Shown here: positions 13,300 through 25,520 of the stretch, one piece after another
Layout of the letters: every line of letters starts with the position of its first letter
Position numbering within the stretch: position 1 is the stretch's first letter
Assembly (NCBI GenBank): GCA_964016885.1
Contig: OZ024740.1
Span: 432,450,001-432,514,000 of the forward strand
Reading direction: 5' to 3'
Source: Eledone cirrhosa
Lineage: Eukaryota
Length of the DNA stretch: 64,000 nucleotides
Made by a program: the position numbers and the translations under genes
The notes under the pieces: generated by a model
What the model was told of the DNA's origin: nothing
The model's database searches: none
Seen by the model: only the letters and a program-made list of their open reading frames with translations

Positions 13300-13650
13300 A
13301 GATGTTATCCCACCATCCTACCAGTTGGTTTTGCTCATAAAATCTGTCCAGTAATTCTTTCCTGAGACATTCTAACCACATGTCCATAGTACCAGAGCTG
13401 TGATCTCTCAATTCGGAGGAGTAGTGGCTCTACCTGGAATCTCTATGTGATCTCTGAACTACGCACTTTATCGAGTAACATTACTCCAACCCTTTGGAGG
13501 AACACCATTTTGGCTGCTATGGTCATTACCCTAGACTCATGACCATAGTTAAGGGTTGGCACGAATACTGAAATGAAGATAGTGAGTTTGGCTTTTACAC
13601 CTTCCTCCCTTTTTCTGATTACTGAATATTGAAGATGGTGCATTACTGCA
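13300..13650 (-). mobile_element. Old fragment of a different RTE (Rex3/Expander-like) LINE; 11368-11546 may be its displaced 3' end
   Basis: KAKLTIFISVFVPTLNYGHES..LLDKVRSSEI motif. Confidence 0.7.
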
Positions 13651-13739
13651 CCAGCTCCTTTTTGCTTCTGTAATTTGATAAATTTTATTTTTCTCTTTTT
13701 TTTTAATCATTGAATTTCATGTATTAATTTCTTATTTAA

Positions 13740-13935
13740 ACAGAAAGCCAATAAATTTGTGGGAAGGTAAAGTCAATTAAATTGATCCCAGTATATAACT
13801 GGTACATTATTTCATCGATCCCTGAAGAACAAAAGGCAAAGTTGACCTTGGCAGGATTTGAACTCAGAAAGTAAAAAACCAGAACAAAATACTGGCAAAC
13901 GTTTATCTGACACTCTAACATCTCTGCCAACATAC
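13740..13935 (-). mobile_element. SINE-like interspersed repeat
   Basis: Same core as the 10958 and 21970 copies. Confidence 0.75.
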
Positions 13936-13960
13936 CACGCTAGATTAAATAATAATATAG

Positions 13961-14812
13961 TATGTGAGGTAAAGCCTTTACTGTGACAATACAATAGTAA
14001 ATATAGAGTAATGTAAATGTTATGTGAGGTAATTATGTGAGGTAAAGCCTTTACTGAGAAAATACAATAGTATATATAGAGTAATGTAAATGTTATGTGA
14101 GGTAATTATGTGAGGTAAAGCCTTTACTGTGAAAATACAATAGTATATATAGAGTAATGTAAATGTTATGTGAGGTAATTATGTGAGGTAAAGCCTTTAC
14201 TGTGAAAATACAATAGTATATATAGAGTAATGTAAATGTTATGTGAGGTAATTATGTGAGGTAAAGCCTTTACTGAGAAAATACAATAGTATATATAGAG
14301 TAATGTAAATGTTATGTGAGGTAATTATGTGAGGTAAAGCCTTTACTGTGAAAATACAATAGTATATATAGAGTAATGTAAATGTTATGTGAGGTAATTA
14401 TGTGAGGTAAAGCCTTTACTGAGAAAATACAATAGTATATATAGAGTAATGTAAATGTTATGTGAGGTAATTATGTGAGGTAAAGCCTTTACTGTGAAAA
14501 TACAATAGTATATATAGAGTAATGTAAATGTTATGTGAGGTAATTATGTGAGGTAAAGCCTTTACTGTGAAAATACAATAGTATATATAGAGTAATGTAA
14601 ATGTTATGCAAAATATTATGTGAGGTAAAGCCTTTACTGTGAAAATACAATAGTATATATAGAGTAATGTAAATGTTATGTGAGATATTATGTGAGGTAA
14701 AGCCTTTACTGTGAAAATACAATAGTATATATAGAGTAATGTAAATGTTATGTGAGATATTATGTGAGGTAAAGCCTTTACTGTGAAAATACAATAGTAT
14801 ATATAGAGTAAT
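13961..14812. repeat. 73-bp tandem array derived from the MITE subterminal region (left part)
   Basis: Period 73 (ATGTAAATGT at 14011, 14084, 14157...). The unit is the reverse complement of the MITE start at about 10742-10812. Confidence 0.95.
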
Positions 14813-15042
14813 TTCTTTATTTGCCACAAGGGCACAAAAGGTAGAGACAGATACAAGGGGGGATGTTTACATATAATTAACGAGTACAAAAATATAACAA
14901 TGAAATAACAACAACAAACGAAGTCCTCAATAGGGAGGGGCATTAACATGGGTCGCACACACCCCGGAAAAAATGTGCAACCCTTCTCCTCAGGAGCACA
15001 AAGAGTAGGTGCTTCCCTCATCTCTTTTTCCTCTTCTTTCAC

Positions 15043-18000
15043 CTACAGGCTGATATAGAGAGAACACCCATTCACTCTGGCCATTCTCCCTACTTTCACC
15101 CACCTTTCATAAAACTTGCTGGGGTAGAGCACCTCTCTCTCCATTCTGATCCTTCTTTTAAAATGATATTTGAAAAAGGGGACCAGTTGTTGGCCGGAGA
15201 GAAAGGTGTCTGACCTCAGCACTTTCAGCCTCGTCCACCATACAACTTCTTTAGCCATGGCTATCACACAGAGGAAAACCGCCTCTCCTTCGTTTTTGAA
15301 AGGGGGAGGCAGTTTGATCGTGACAATGGACTCGGTGGTCAACCGGATTGGTCCCACCCTCGACAGTAGTCATTCCACATAGCCCCACAGGTCAGCAATG
15401 CCTGGGCAGTGTACGAATGCGTGCGCAATGGTTTCGTCGTCATGCACGCATCTCGGACAGATCTTATTCAAAGGATCCCTACCCAGGCTCCCATGCCTGT
15501 GGAGCTTGTCTCGAACGGGTAGAGCCCCTCGGTAGCACTGCCAAGCCAGGGACTTTTGGAAGTTGTCCATCGGTCCAGGGCCGAACGTCCTACCGAACAG
15601 ACTGGCCAGTTCACCTTCCTCCATGCCTAGAGCTTCTTCGAGAGCATCGTCGCACCTGCTGCGTACCAACCCTCTATAGAATGTTGAAGTGGAGTCTCTA
15701 CTGATTGCCGGGTCCGCTTTCCAGAGGGCCGTGAGCGCCTGGGCACATTCAATGTGCCAGTCGCCCACTTTTCTCGGTCTTTGCTTGACCCAGGATTGCA
15801 GCTCGGTGAGCGAGACGAGTCTGGGAAAGGCTCACCTCACAAACGGGGCCCACACCGGTTGACCGGCGAGGAATACCTGGAGGTGCCGTAGCCTTAATGC
15901 GTGTTTACGCATCTGTAGCCACGGCATCCCCAGCCCTCCTTTCGAAGGGTGTTGACAGCAGATGGATCTCCTCACCAACGTGGTTCGCTTGTTCCAAAGA
16001 AATTGGAACAGCGCGCACTCCATTTTGGCGAGTCTTTTCACTGGGCAAGGCACGATGGTCAAGCGGTAGGTAGTAGATGACGGATGCTATACAAGTGTTC
16101 ACCACCTCCGCTCGACCTTTCAGGGATAGTTTGCACTGGGCCCACTTCTGGGTGAGTGCAAACACCCTGGCCGTTACCTCGTTCCAGTTTTTCTCCACCT
16201 GGAGGTCTGGTCCGAACCAGACCCCGAGCAGCTTCACCGGGCCCTCTGTCCAGCGTCCGACGACGTCGTTGGAGGGCATCGGTTTGCCTCTCCATGTTCC
16301 GAGTTGCAAACCGACGGACTTGTCCCGGTTCAGCTTGGCTCCTGTAAACCTTTCATATTCCTCCAGTAAGGTGCCGATCTCACTGATTTGCGAGGTTTTT
16401 GACACCATTACTGTCACGTCATCGGCGTAGGCCGACGCCGCTTTCTGCAATCCCGGTTCCAAAGGGATGCCCTGCAACCGCTCCAACTTCCGCAGTAGTG
16501 GCTCAAGAGCCAGCACATACAGAAGGGAGGAGAGAGGGCATCCCTGTCGGATGGATCGCATGATTTGGAACGGCTCCGAGAGGTGGCTGTTCACCTTGAC
16601 CCTTGAGCAGACGTTGCTGCTGTGCATCGCAGCAATCCAACCCCTGAAAACGGGTCTGAAGCCTGCCGCCGCGAGCACCGCATCCAGGTAACGATGGTCA
16701 ACTCTATCGAAAGCTTTAGATTGATCCAAGTTGATCAGATCAGGGCCCCACCAAAGCCGGGTTCATTCCCTACCCTCTCTAAGATGTATCGCATAAGGTG
16801 GAGATTGTCGTGAATGGACCTGGACGGGATTGCGCATGTCTGCGCTTCTCCCACCAGGTTTCCGACGACAAGCGCCAACCTCTTCGCTAACACCTTGGCC
16901 AAAATCTTTAACTCTGTATTTAGCAGAGTTATGGGCCTGAAGTTACTTATGTCATCCCCCTTGTTCTCGTCCTTCCTCACCAGCGTAACTACGCCCTTGG
17001 TCACAGAACTGGGAATTCTCCCGTTCTGCTGCCAGTTGCAGTAGACCGCTTCGAGGATATCGGAGAACAAGTCCGGCATCGCTACATATAGCTCGTATGG
17101 TAGACCATCGAGACCCGGGGATTTGCGTTTGCCGCATTGGCTCAGCGCCGCCCCTATCTCAGCAGCTGAAATCGGCCTTTCGCAGGACTTCGCCTCCGCG
17201 TCCGAGAGGTGCGGCAGACCATCGAGGTATGGATTGAAATCCATAGTCTCACCCGGTGCGCCACCCCTCTCGAACAGTCGTGCAAAGTGAGGATGAAAGG
17301 CCGCACACATCTGCTCAGGTTCAAGGATCACACACCCATCCTGGTCCTTCAAAGACCGAATCGTGGACTTGTTCCCACTTTTTGCCTCTGTCACTCGGGC
17401 CCAGCTAACAGCTTTGGCTCCCTCATTACCCAGAGCACGTATTTTACCCCTGACAACGCAGCCCTCGTGCTTCACATCAAAGAACTGGTCTAAGGCCATT
17501 CTTGATGCCAGCACTCTGGCTACATTGCCACCCCTAATCGCTTCTTCTACTCTATCTACTAATTCTCTTTTCATCTTGTTCTTATCCCTTGCTAATTCCT
17601 GACTAAAACCTATCGATTCTATTCTAATTGCTCTCTTAAGAGAGCTCCACCACCTGTTGTTGACAATTGCCCCTGTCAAACACTGCTTAACTAACGTGCT
17701 AATCCGTTTACTGTAAGCTTTGCTTGTCGGTAAGGACAAGTTCAGCTTCCAGTAACCGGGTCCCTGTCTATGGGTTCTATCAAGGTTGACTATGCAGGTC
17801 AGTAACTTGTGATCCGAATAGTCAACCATGAGCATTTTTGGACAGCTAAATGTGTCCCTATCCTTATCTCTAACTAGGACCCTATCTAGGTACGACCTAG
17901 ATGTTCCGCTGCGATTGGTCCACGTCCATAGTGGTACAGTCGGAAAATCTAGTCGATATCTATCGGCCAGGTCAAATCGGCCGATTAACCTTTTGAGGCT

Positions 18001-18476
18001 TTTACACCCCCCCTTTATTGGCACATGCCCCTACATAGTCGCAACGTGCATCCAGGATACCATTCCAGTCCACCACTAAAAGTTTCCAGAAAAGTTTCCA
18101 GACGTTGGAAGTAGTCCGGCCGCGCTGCCCAAAAAGGAGCGTACACAGCAATTAGTCTAAGGGCTCCACTTTCACTACTGCCGACGTCTAAAACCACCAG
18201 TCGACCCTCTGGGTCCAGGTGCACCTTCTGTATGGCGAGGCCCAGGTGTTTTTGCAGCAGAACGACAACTCCACCCCCACCCCCCGGTTGACAGAGAGAT
18301 GCGAATATCTCAAAGTCGTCGAAGAGGGGCGCCAGTTGGCGCTCGCTGCTGATCCTGGACTCGCAAATAGCCATTACATTCATTCTATGTGACCTGAGAT
18401 CGTTTAAAAGTTTGCCTTGTTTCCAAGACAGTCCCAGGCCGCGTACATTCAGACACCCAACTCTTATATCAGCCAT
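15043..18476 (-). pseudogene. Tx1-type ORF2 (APE-RT-ZnF), several frameshifts
   Basis: ORFs 18015-18476, 16735-18024, 15905-16729, 15832-16062, 15370-15768 and 15043-15357 are collinear with the 5163-8312 copy. Confidence 0.92.
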
Positions 18477-18497
18477 GTTGGTTAAAAGAGGAAGGAC

Positions 18498-20077
18498 CTA
18501 CCTGTTCGGCTCCTGAGGAGCAGGTTGCACAATATCCATGGGCGTATTGGAGGGGTTGTTTGGTGGGGTGTTGTTCTGTGGTGGGGTGGGGGTGTTTGGT
18601 GAGGTGTGGGTGGGGAAACATTTCAAAAGGACACGGTTATAGGGTCGAGTACATGTTTTCCCCACGTCCTCAGGAAAGTTCTCTCTTAGTTTTGTATAGG
18701 TGTCCATTGGGAGTCTTACCATTTTTAAATGCGGTTGCAAAGAATTGCCCTTCAGTTTCCACCGAGGGGTCTTTGTGTATCGTTTTTACTAGTTCTTTGT
18801 TATTTGTGTTAATGTATGTATACTGTTTTATTTGTGTTGTGTTTGTTTGTTGTTCTTGTGTGTGCTTGCGTTTTGTTGTATGTGTTATGTTTTGGGGTGG
18901 ATTTTGTTTGTTCTGTTTGTTTTGTTTTTGTTGGTGGTTGTGTGTTTGTTTCGTTTATGTTCGTGTGGTGTTTTCTTTTTTTTCTTTTTACAGGTTGGAA
19001 GGGTTCCCCCTCTTCGTCACTAGGTGCCGTTTCAGCTGGGTCCTCGTCCGTGCTGTCGGGTAGTGGTGTATTTTGGGGTTTTGTTGTGTTTGTGTGTGTT
19101 TTGGGAGTTGTTTTGGGTGGGACCGTGTCTTGTGTTGTTTTTCCGTGTTGTTTTTGTTGTTGTTGTTGTGGTGGTGGTGGTGGTGGTGGTGGTGGTGGTG
19201 GCAGTGGTGGTGTGTGGGGTGTAGGCAAAAGAGCCTTTTTTTTGTCAATTGAGGACAGACAGTCCTTAGATGACCCCTGCTTGAACAGTAGTAACATATG
19301 GGCCTCCTACCCTCGGCTGAAATGTATATAAATGTTTCTCCATCGAGGGACACCCTCTGTGGTATTCTAGCTATTCGTTCTAGTTTCATTTGGACCAGAA
19401 CCTCCACGCTCAAACCGCCGAAAACGTCTGTGGTGACTTCTCCTACTGAGAGGATTCCGTCCTCGTCTTCTAAAAATCCTGCTAGTACCCAGGAAATGCA
19501 TGCATTTGGCCGGATTCCGGAGATTCTTAATTTTTGAGTTCTTTTCCCCAAATATGTGGGGAAAAATGTGTGTAGCTTGGAAACAATTGGCGACACAGAG
19601 TATTTCCTGGCCGTCAATTGATCCTTCATTAGCACCGTTATATTCCCATAGAGGCCCTTTTTGTATGAACGATATATCACTCCACACATTTTTTAGGACC
19701 AGCTCACTTTCTTTTTGGGATAATTGAGCTGGTTTCCTTGTTATGTTGGAAATTGTTCTGAAAGATATCGTTCTTAGTGTCGTGTCTCTTTTGATTTCTT
19801 GTGGGGAGGTGATTGTGAAGTCTCCTCCTTCTTTGAAAGTTACATACTGTTTTGCTTCCTTCATCTTTTCTCTCAAAGTTGTAATGTCCAGTTGCTTGCA
19901 GGTCTGTGTTTTTCGGACTGCCTGTGCAAAGGAGGCACCAGTAGTGGGTTCGCTTTGTTTGGTGTTATCGTTATTTTTTCCTTGGTTGGTGTTGTGACTA
20001 TTGCTGTTGTTGATCGTGCTGTTATTGTCATTGTTGTTTTTGTCTGCGTTTATGTGTCTTTCTGGGTTTTCACCCAT
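18498..20077 (-). pseudogene. Tx1-type ORF1 (gag-like, zinc knuckle), frameshifted
   Basis: Overlapping ORFs 19367-20077, 18988-19689, 18809-19297 and 18498-18740; CX2CX4HX4C motif. Confidence 0.8.
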
Positions 20078-20388
20078 GTTTACAAACTTTTCTTTTAATT
20101 CCGTGTTCCATGTTTCTTTTGCAGAAGTGAGGAGGGAAGACTTAGAGCCTTGTGCTTCTAGCTTCTCTGTATCACCTTTCTATCAGTTTGCCGTAATAAA
20201 TTTTTAAAAGGAAAATTCGACCCAAAAAGGGGCGAAAATAAATAAACTCAAAGTTTGACGACCCAGGCAAGGGGGTTAACGTATATTACAGTATAAAAAA
20301 ATTAATCAAAACTCACTTTTGAGTAAGTAAATCCAACTCGGTAGCCGAGCTTGTTCACACACGTCAACACACGTCTCTCGTATACGAG

Positions 20389-20736
20389 ATGTTATGTGAG
20401 ATATTATGTGAGGTAAAGCCTTTACTGTGAAAATACAATAGTATATATAGAGTAATGTAAATGTTATGTGAGGTAAAGTCTTTACTGTGAAAATACAATA
20501 GTATATATAGAGGAATGTAAATGTTATGCGAGATATTATGTGAGGTAAAGCCTTTACTGTGAAAATACAATAGTATATATAGAGTAATGTAAATGTTATG
20601 TGAGGTAAAGCCTTTACTGTGAAAATACAATAGTATATATAGAGTAATGTAAATGTTATGCGAGATATGTGAGGTAAAGCCTTTACTGTGAAAATACAAC
20701 AGTATATATAGAGTAATGTAAATGCTAAAGGGTTAA
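20389..20736. repeat. Right part of the MITE-derived tandem array (60-73-bp units), ending in the MITE TIR plus TTAA
   Basis: Same unit as 13961-14812; ends AAATGCTAAAGGG-TTAA. Confidence 0.93.
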
Positions 20737-21032
20737 AGTCTCTCACTAACTACAATACCCAGAAAACCTTAAAGTCTCTCATTGATTGTTATCGTTTGTC
20801 ATACCTAGAGAAGATTATGTGGTATAGTTACAATACTGTTAGAACTGTCAGAACTAGGTTAGTGTAGTTCTAGAAACTGTGTAGTACTCCAAGAAAACTT
20901 TAAAACTCTCATAGAAAAGATTATGTGACATACTTATTATATTGATTCCCTCTCACTTAAACTGAGATCATATTGACTGATTTACTGTTGAGATTGTTGA
21001 GACATTATTGTGTTACTGCCAACTATTCTCTA

Positions 21033-21130
21033 ACATCATTATCATCATTATCATTATCACCACCACCACCAATCACCACCACTACCACCATCACCACCAC
21101 TATCACCCACCGCCACCACCACTACCACCT
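21033..21130. repeat. Compound (ATC/ATT)n-(CAC)n microsatellite
   Basis: Read directly. Confidence 0.85.
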
Positions 21131-21379
21131 GTATAGTATATAATGAGTCATTGATTGTTATCCTTTGTCCTGCCTTGTATGAGTCCCTTATATCTGAAGG
21201 ACTCGTCTCTCTACATCTGATAGTATACAACAGTATTCCCCCTCTTACTATCCATTAGCACCACACATCCATACCATACCATACCTGTACCGATATCTCT
21301 CTATAGCAGACATTGTCTGATGTCTTTAATATCCAATCACTCACTAATACCAATTGTGAAACACCTGTCTTCCTGTCTT

Positions 21380-21608
21380 TTAACCCTTTAGCATTTAAAC
21401 TGGCCATATCCGGCCAGCATTCTCTCACCTCTTTCTGTTCAAACCGGCTGTAACCGACCACTCATAGCAATGTTAAGGTATTGTTCTCAAAATAAATCAC
21501 ATCAAAATCTCATACATTCCATATTATATGAGATAATTATGTAAGATAAAGCCTTTGCCACAAAAATATAATAGTATATATAGAGTAATCTAAATGCTTA
21601 AGGGTTAA
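21380..21608 (-). mobile_element. piggyBac-like MITE, copy 3 (opposite orientation)
   Basis: TTAACCCTTTAGCATTTAAAC ... AAATGCTTAAGGGTTAA. Confidence 0.88.
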
Positions 21609-21754
21609 GTTAAAATTACAACCAGCAAATTACAATGGATTCACCTTTGTCCACTATTTGCTGGTTCTACCACACGTAGTATCATTATCACTTTACACCG
21701 AAGCACTTTACTCTTAATACTTGACACAGAATATGTATCATACATATTATTTTG

Positions 21755-22152
21755 GCAGATTGGCAGTTTCGGTAGAGCGTTGGACAAACTGTTTTACGGC
21801 ATATAGTTACAGCCTGTTACATTCTGATTTCAAATCCAGCCATGGTTAGCTTTGCTTTTCATCCTTATAGGGTCGATAAAATAAAGTATCAGTAATGCAC
21901 TGGGGTTGATTTAATCAACTTTACCTCTCCTCCAAAATTGTTGGCCTAAATCAGAATCCATTATTTGATGAATTGGCAGTATCGGTAGAGGGTTGGACGC
22001 CATGCTTTCCAGCAGAGTTACGGCCCTTTACAGTCTGAGTTCAAATCCCCTCAAGGTTAACTTTGCCTTTCATCCTTACGGGGTCGATAAAATAAAGTAC
22101 CAGTAATGTACTGGGTAATTGCTGGCCTTGTGCTAAAAGTAGAATCCATTAT
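21755..22152 (+). mobile_element. Two head-to-tail SINE-like copies (about 21755-21963 and 21970-22152)
   Basis: Each begins ATTGGCAG..TCGGTAGAG (A-box-like), has a B-box-like TTCAAATCC and the CTTT.C.TTTCATCCTTA.GGGTCGATAAAATAAAGTA core, and ends AGAATCCATTAT. Confidence 0.78.
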
Positions 22153-23004
22153 CTATAACAGTTATTGTTAGAGTTTAACCTGGAATAATCTTAGAAGTAA
22201 AACATCCCAACATGTGACTGTGGGGACCCTGACAGTGCTGTATGTTGGATTGTACACCATGTAGATCTCTCAGATTTTTTGGCAGCTTATTATAGAGCTG
22301 GGGCCTTTGAACCCCAGGTTATTGCAGTATCTGGTCTTTATTCTTGATGTGAAGGATGAGACCTTTGGCATTACACAGTGGTGTCCTGTTTGCATTTTAA
22401 GAAAAAGTAAAAAAAATTAGTAATAACAAAGTAGTGGATAGACTCTAGACAGTGTGTCTCAATTGTACCCTCCAGACAAAATAACAAAGGTATTGCTGTG
22501 GAGAAAATCCAGTGAAACTACATCAGCTACTCTACTTCATGGGGCTCCTTCCTCATATGAGATGCTTTCCACCCAGTTTTGTAGAGGAAAGCAGCAGTTC
22601 AGGGCCAGATGTCACCAGAGGTCTTGACAGCAACTGGTCCAAAAAAGATGTTGGCCAAATTCTGGTATTTGGCTGTCTTTCTCTTTGCCATGTGACATGT
22701 GGCAGTGGCCATGTTTAACATGTAGGAGTTGACAGTAATATGATACTAGTTATTCAATACATATCTTTCTGCTATATTATATGTGGATATGCAGATTGCT
22801 TGAAGTTGAGAGAATCCATAGAAGAGCCAGGAAAATTTGGGATGCTGGTTGTGAAAGTTGACATCATACAGCTGAACCTCAACTGTCACTCAACCATCAG
22901 TATCTGGAACAATCCCAAAGAAATTACAGTTGGAATAATTCAAGACAAAATAATATGAAATCTCCAAAGTCAAATACTCAACTACCCTCTGTTGATTGTT
23001 TTTT

Positions 23005-23530
23005 TCAGAATGTTTGCTTCTGGGTGACCAATTCTGCTACATGGGTGACTGAATTAGTAATGGAGGTGGGTGTTCTGAAAGTAGCCAGAGTAAGAATGGG
23101 ATGGAAGATGTTCAAGGAGCTACTGCCACTGCTAGCTACAAAACGCTTTTCCCTCAAAATGAAAGGCAAACTGTATGATGCATGCATACGAACGGCAATG
23201 TTATATGGTAGTGAGACCTGGGCGTTGTGCATAGCAGACTTGCGTAGATTAGAAAGAAATGAAGCTTGCATGCTCCGATGGATGTGTAATAGTAACATAT
23301 GTGAACGGCAAAGCATAAACGAATTGAGAGAGAGTCTAGGCATAAGAGGTATCAAATGCTGTGTGCAGGAGAGGGGATTATGCTGGTATGGACATGTGAT
23401 ACGTATGAAGGATGACAGCTGCTTAAAAAGGTGCAGAGCACTCAAAGTTGATGGAAGCCTTTGAGTGGGGAGACCCAGGAAGACTTGGGATGAGGTAATA
23501 AAAGCCGATCTTGCCCAATAGCACCTCTAG
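23005..23530 (+). mobile_element. Older 3' coding fragment of the RTE family
   Basis: [42 protein letters not shown]. Confidence 0.92.
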
Positions 23531-25144
23531 TTTGACGGTAGTATTCACAAATGAATATAGTGTTAAAAAAGGCCTGTGTTGTGCAGGAGAATCTTTGTTT
23601 AATATGCTATGCTCAATTAAAAAGTGATTAGCTTTAGGCAGGCAGTACATACCAGCATAGGTAGCAGTAAGCAGTGGCAAGGAAGCTGTGTTGTCTATAT
23701 GAAGAAATAGATGACTTTGTGTGGTTGAAGTGCCAATGGAAGAATTGCTGTTTAGCCCTTGTCGACAGGGCTGTAGTGTTTTGCTAAGTGCTACATCTCG
23801 CTACTTGCTTGAGCAGGTCGAAGTGATGCTTCTGAGAAGTGATGATTCCGAGTTGAATGAGATAGAGAAAAACTTATTTTACCTAACCTTAAGTTGGCCA
23901 GCCTCTCCAGACTACTGATGCCAACCAAGATAAAGAGAAATAGCAGCCAGATGTCAATTGGGGGTCAGTATGTGTGAAAAGATTTCGCTACAAATTCCTA
24001 CAATAGACCAACCTCTATCTCTTGAAACTTTAGAATTAGTTAAACTCTGGAAGGTGTTAGCCAAAGATTTCTTTTTTTGTTGGGAGGGGGATTAATATTT
24101 CTCTGGGAATATATTAAGCTGATTTATATTGTGATTAATTTATTATCATATAACAAATATATAAGATTAAATAGTATATATAAGTAATTAATTAATTATT
24201 GATAGGTACCTTATAACAGACATGCCGATCTCTAAAAACCCAAACAGGGTGTACCAGGAAAAAAAGTGCCCCTAAACGAGGAGAAATGAGGCAAAATAGG
24301 GAAGATTTTACTTAATGAAAGCTATATCCATTTTCACAAGAGACCACATCTATTACCCACCCCACCAAAAGATCTACCCGTCCGATGGGGAGAGTTGACA
24401 GGTCTACTTATAAATATAATACACAAAAATATATAATTAAAGCAAGAGAGGAAAAAAAACATCAATTCACCACCAAGTGCATCAATCGGTTACACACACC
24501 ACACTACACTGGGTCAACGAAATGTTCTAGGCAAGCCAACACGCTCGCAGCATTACCGCGGGTGATGGCGAGGCTAAGGCGCTGAAACAACCAAGCACCC
24601 TCACGCGCATCACCTGAACATTTTGTGTAGCTGAGTGCCTTATCACATATAAAAAAAAAGGAAGTTGTTTGAAAATAATTTTAATAAATATTCAGCTTGA
24701 GCGACGAAGTTTATTCTGTAAGAAGAATTGAGCCATTTTAGTTCCTGGGACTAGTTTTGAAATAGAAATATTTCAATGTTGATCTTTGTTTATAAAGGAA
24801 ATATTCCCCAAATCATGTTGACATTCATAAACATCACTTCTACGATAGATTTCATTTCTAAGACGGATTTTATTTCTGTCCATTCCTTTGCTTTTTTTTC
24901 GTTTTTACTTTTCAGATGCGTATATTTTCGTATATGTAAGTTAAGACTTGATTATATAATTATACACAACTATCTACATACGAATTTTAAAATGAAACCA
25001 TAAAACATGTCTTTGAATGAGGATATAATACCATTTTTGAGAACCTAACCTTAACGATATATTAACCTTAGTAAAGAATTAAAGAAAAGAATATTAAAAT
25101 ATTAGAATTATGTGGAATACACTAGAGTTGTTCCCCTTGATTGT

Positions 25145-25200
25145 ATACGGAAGTGGGAGAGCGCATGCTCATTAACTATCAGAAGGATGGCTGCCGATCA
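25145..25200 (+). promoter_or_regulatory. Candidate TATA-less housekeeping promoter/TSS of TRAPPC8
   Basis: Clustered ETS/GABP-like CGGAAGTG, NRF1-like GCGCATGC and YY1-like GGATGGCTGCC motifs, 170-215 bp upstream of the ATG. Confidence 0.6.
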
Positions 25201-25363
25201 GTCGAAAAACTGTTCAGCTTATAACCAGATTTTATCAAAAAATCGCCCTTGTCTGGGGTTGGGTTAACATTACTGTCACCATTAGTAATCTTAGTTTGAT
25301 AGTTATATCGTCATTTGTTCATTTTATTGTATAGTGAGATAGCATAATTTGCCAAAGTGAACT

Positions 25364-25520
25364 ATGGCGCAGTGCAAGCAGACGGCTCAGGAGTTTATTC
25401 AGAAGACGTTTAGTCCGCAGGTGGCTGTACTTTGTAGTGCAGATGCTGAACATTTATGTCAGAAAAATAATTTGACATTTGTTGAGTTAGTACAACCATT
25501 CTGTCGACTTAACAGCGAAG
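25364..25520 (+). CDS. TRAPPC8: Trafficking protein particle complex subunit 8, first coding exon (MAQCKQTAQEFIQKTFSPQVAVLCSADAEHLCQKNNLTFVELVQPFCRLNSE)
   Basis: Manual translation (below the ORF-track cut-off) resembles the vertebrate TRAPPC8 N-terminus as recalled (MAQCVQSVQELI..F.P.VAALCS.EAE.L...N.LSF.EL.KPF.RLTSE). Good Kozak context (ACTATGG) and a strong phase-1 donor, AAG|GTAAGG. Confidence 0.9.

Larger units (their letters stand above)
14813..20388 (-). mobile_element. Apparently full-length (about 5.6 kb) L1/Tx1-clade LINE with frameshifted ORF1 and ORF2
   Basis: 5'UTR, then ORF1 from 20077 with a CCHC knuckle (CYYCSSRGHLRTVC) and a P/T/Q-rich tail. ORF2 runs from 18476 (MADIRVGCLNVRGL) through the RT (YADD) to 15043. 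AATAAA precedes the 3' junction. Confidence 0.95.

Noticed and set aside
14458-15042. Repetitive hydrophobic ORFs (FTLLYIYYCIF..), also at 20306-20746
   Set aside because: Read-through of the 73-bp MITE-derived array.
20737-20945. Loosely repeated AAAGTCTCTCA / GATTATGTG motifs
   Set aside because: Degenerate low-copy repeat with no definable unit or function.
22400-24000. Short ORFs flanking the old RTE fragment; possible Penelope relic
   Set aside because: Motifs too decayed to support a call.
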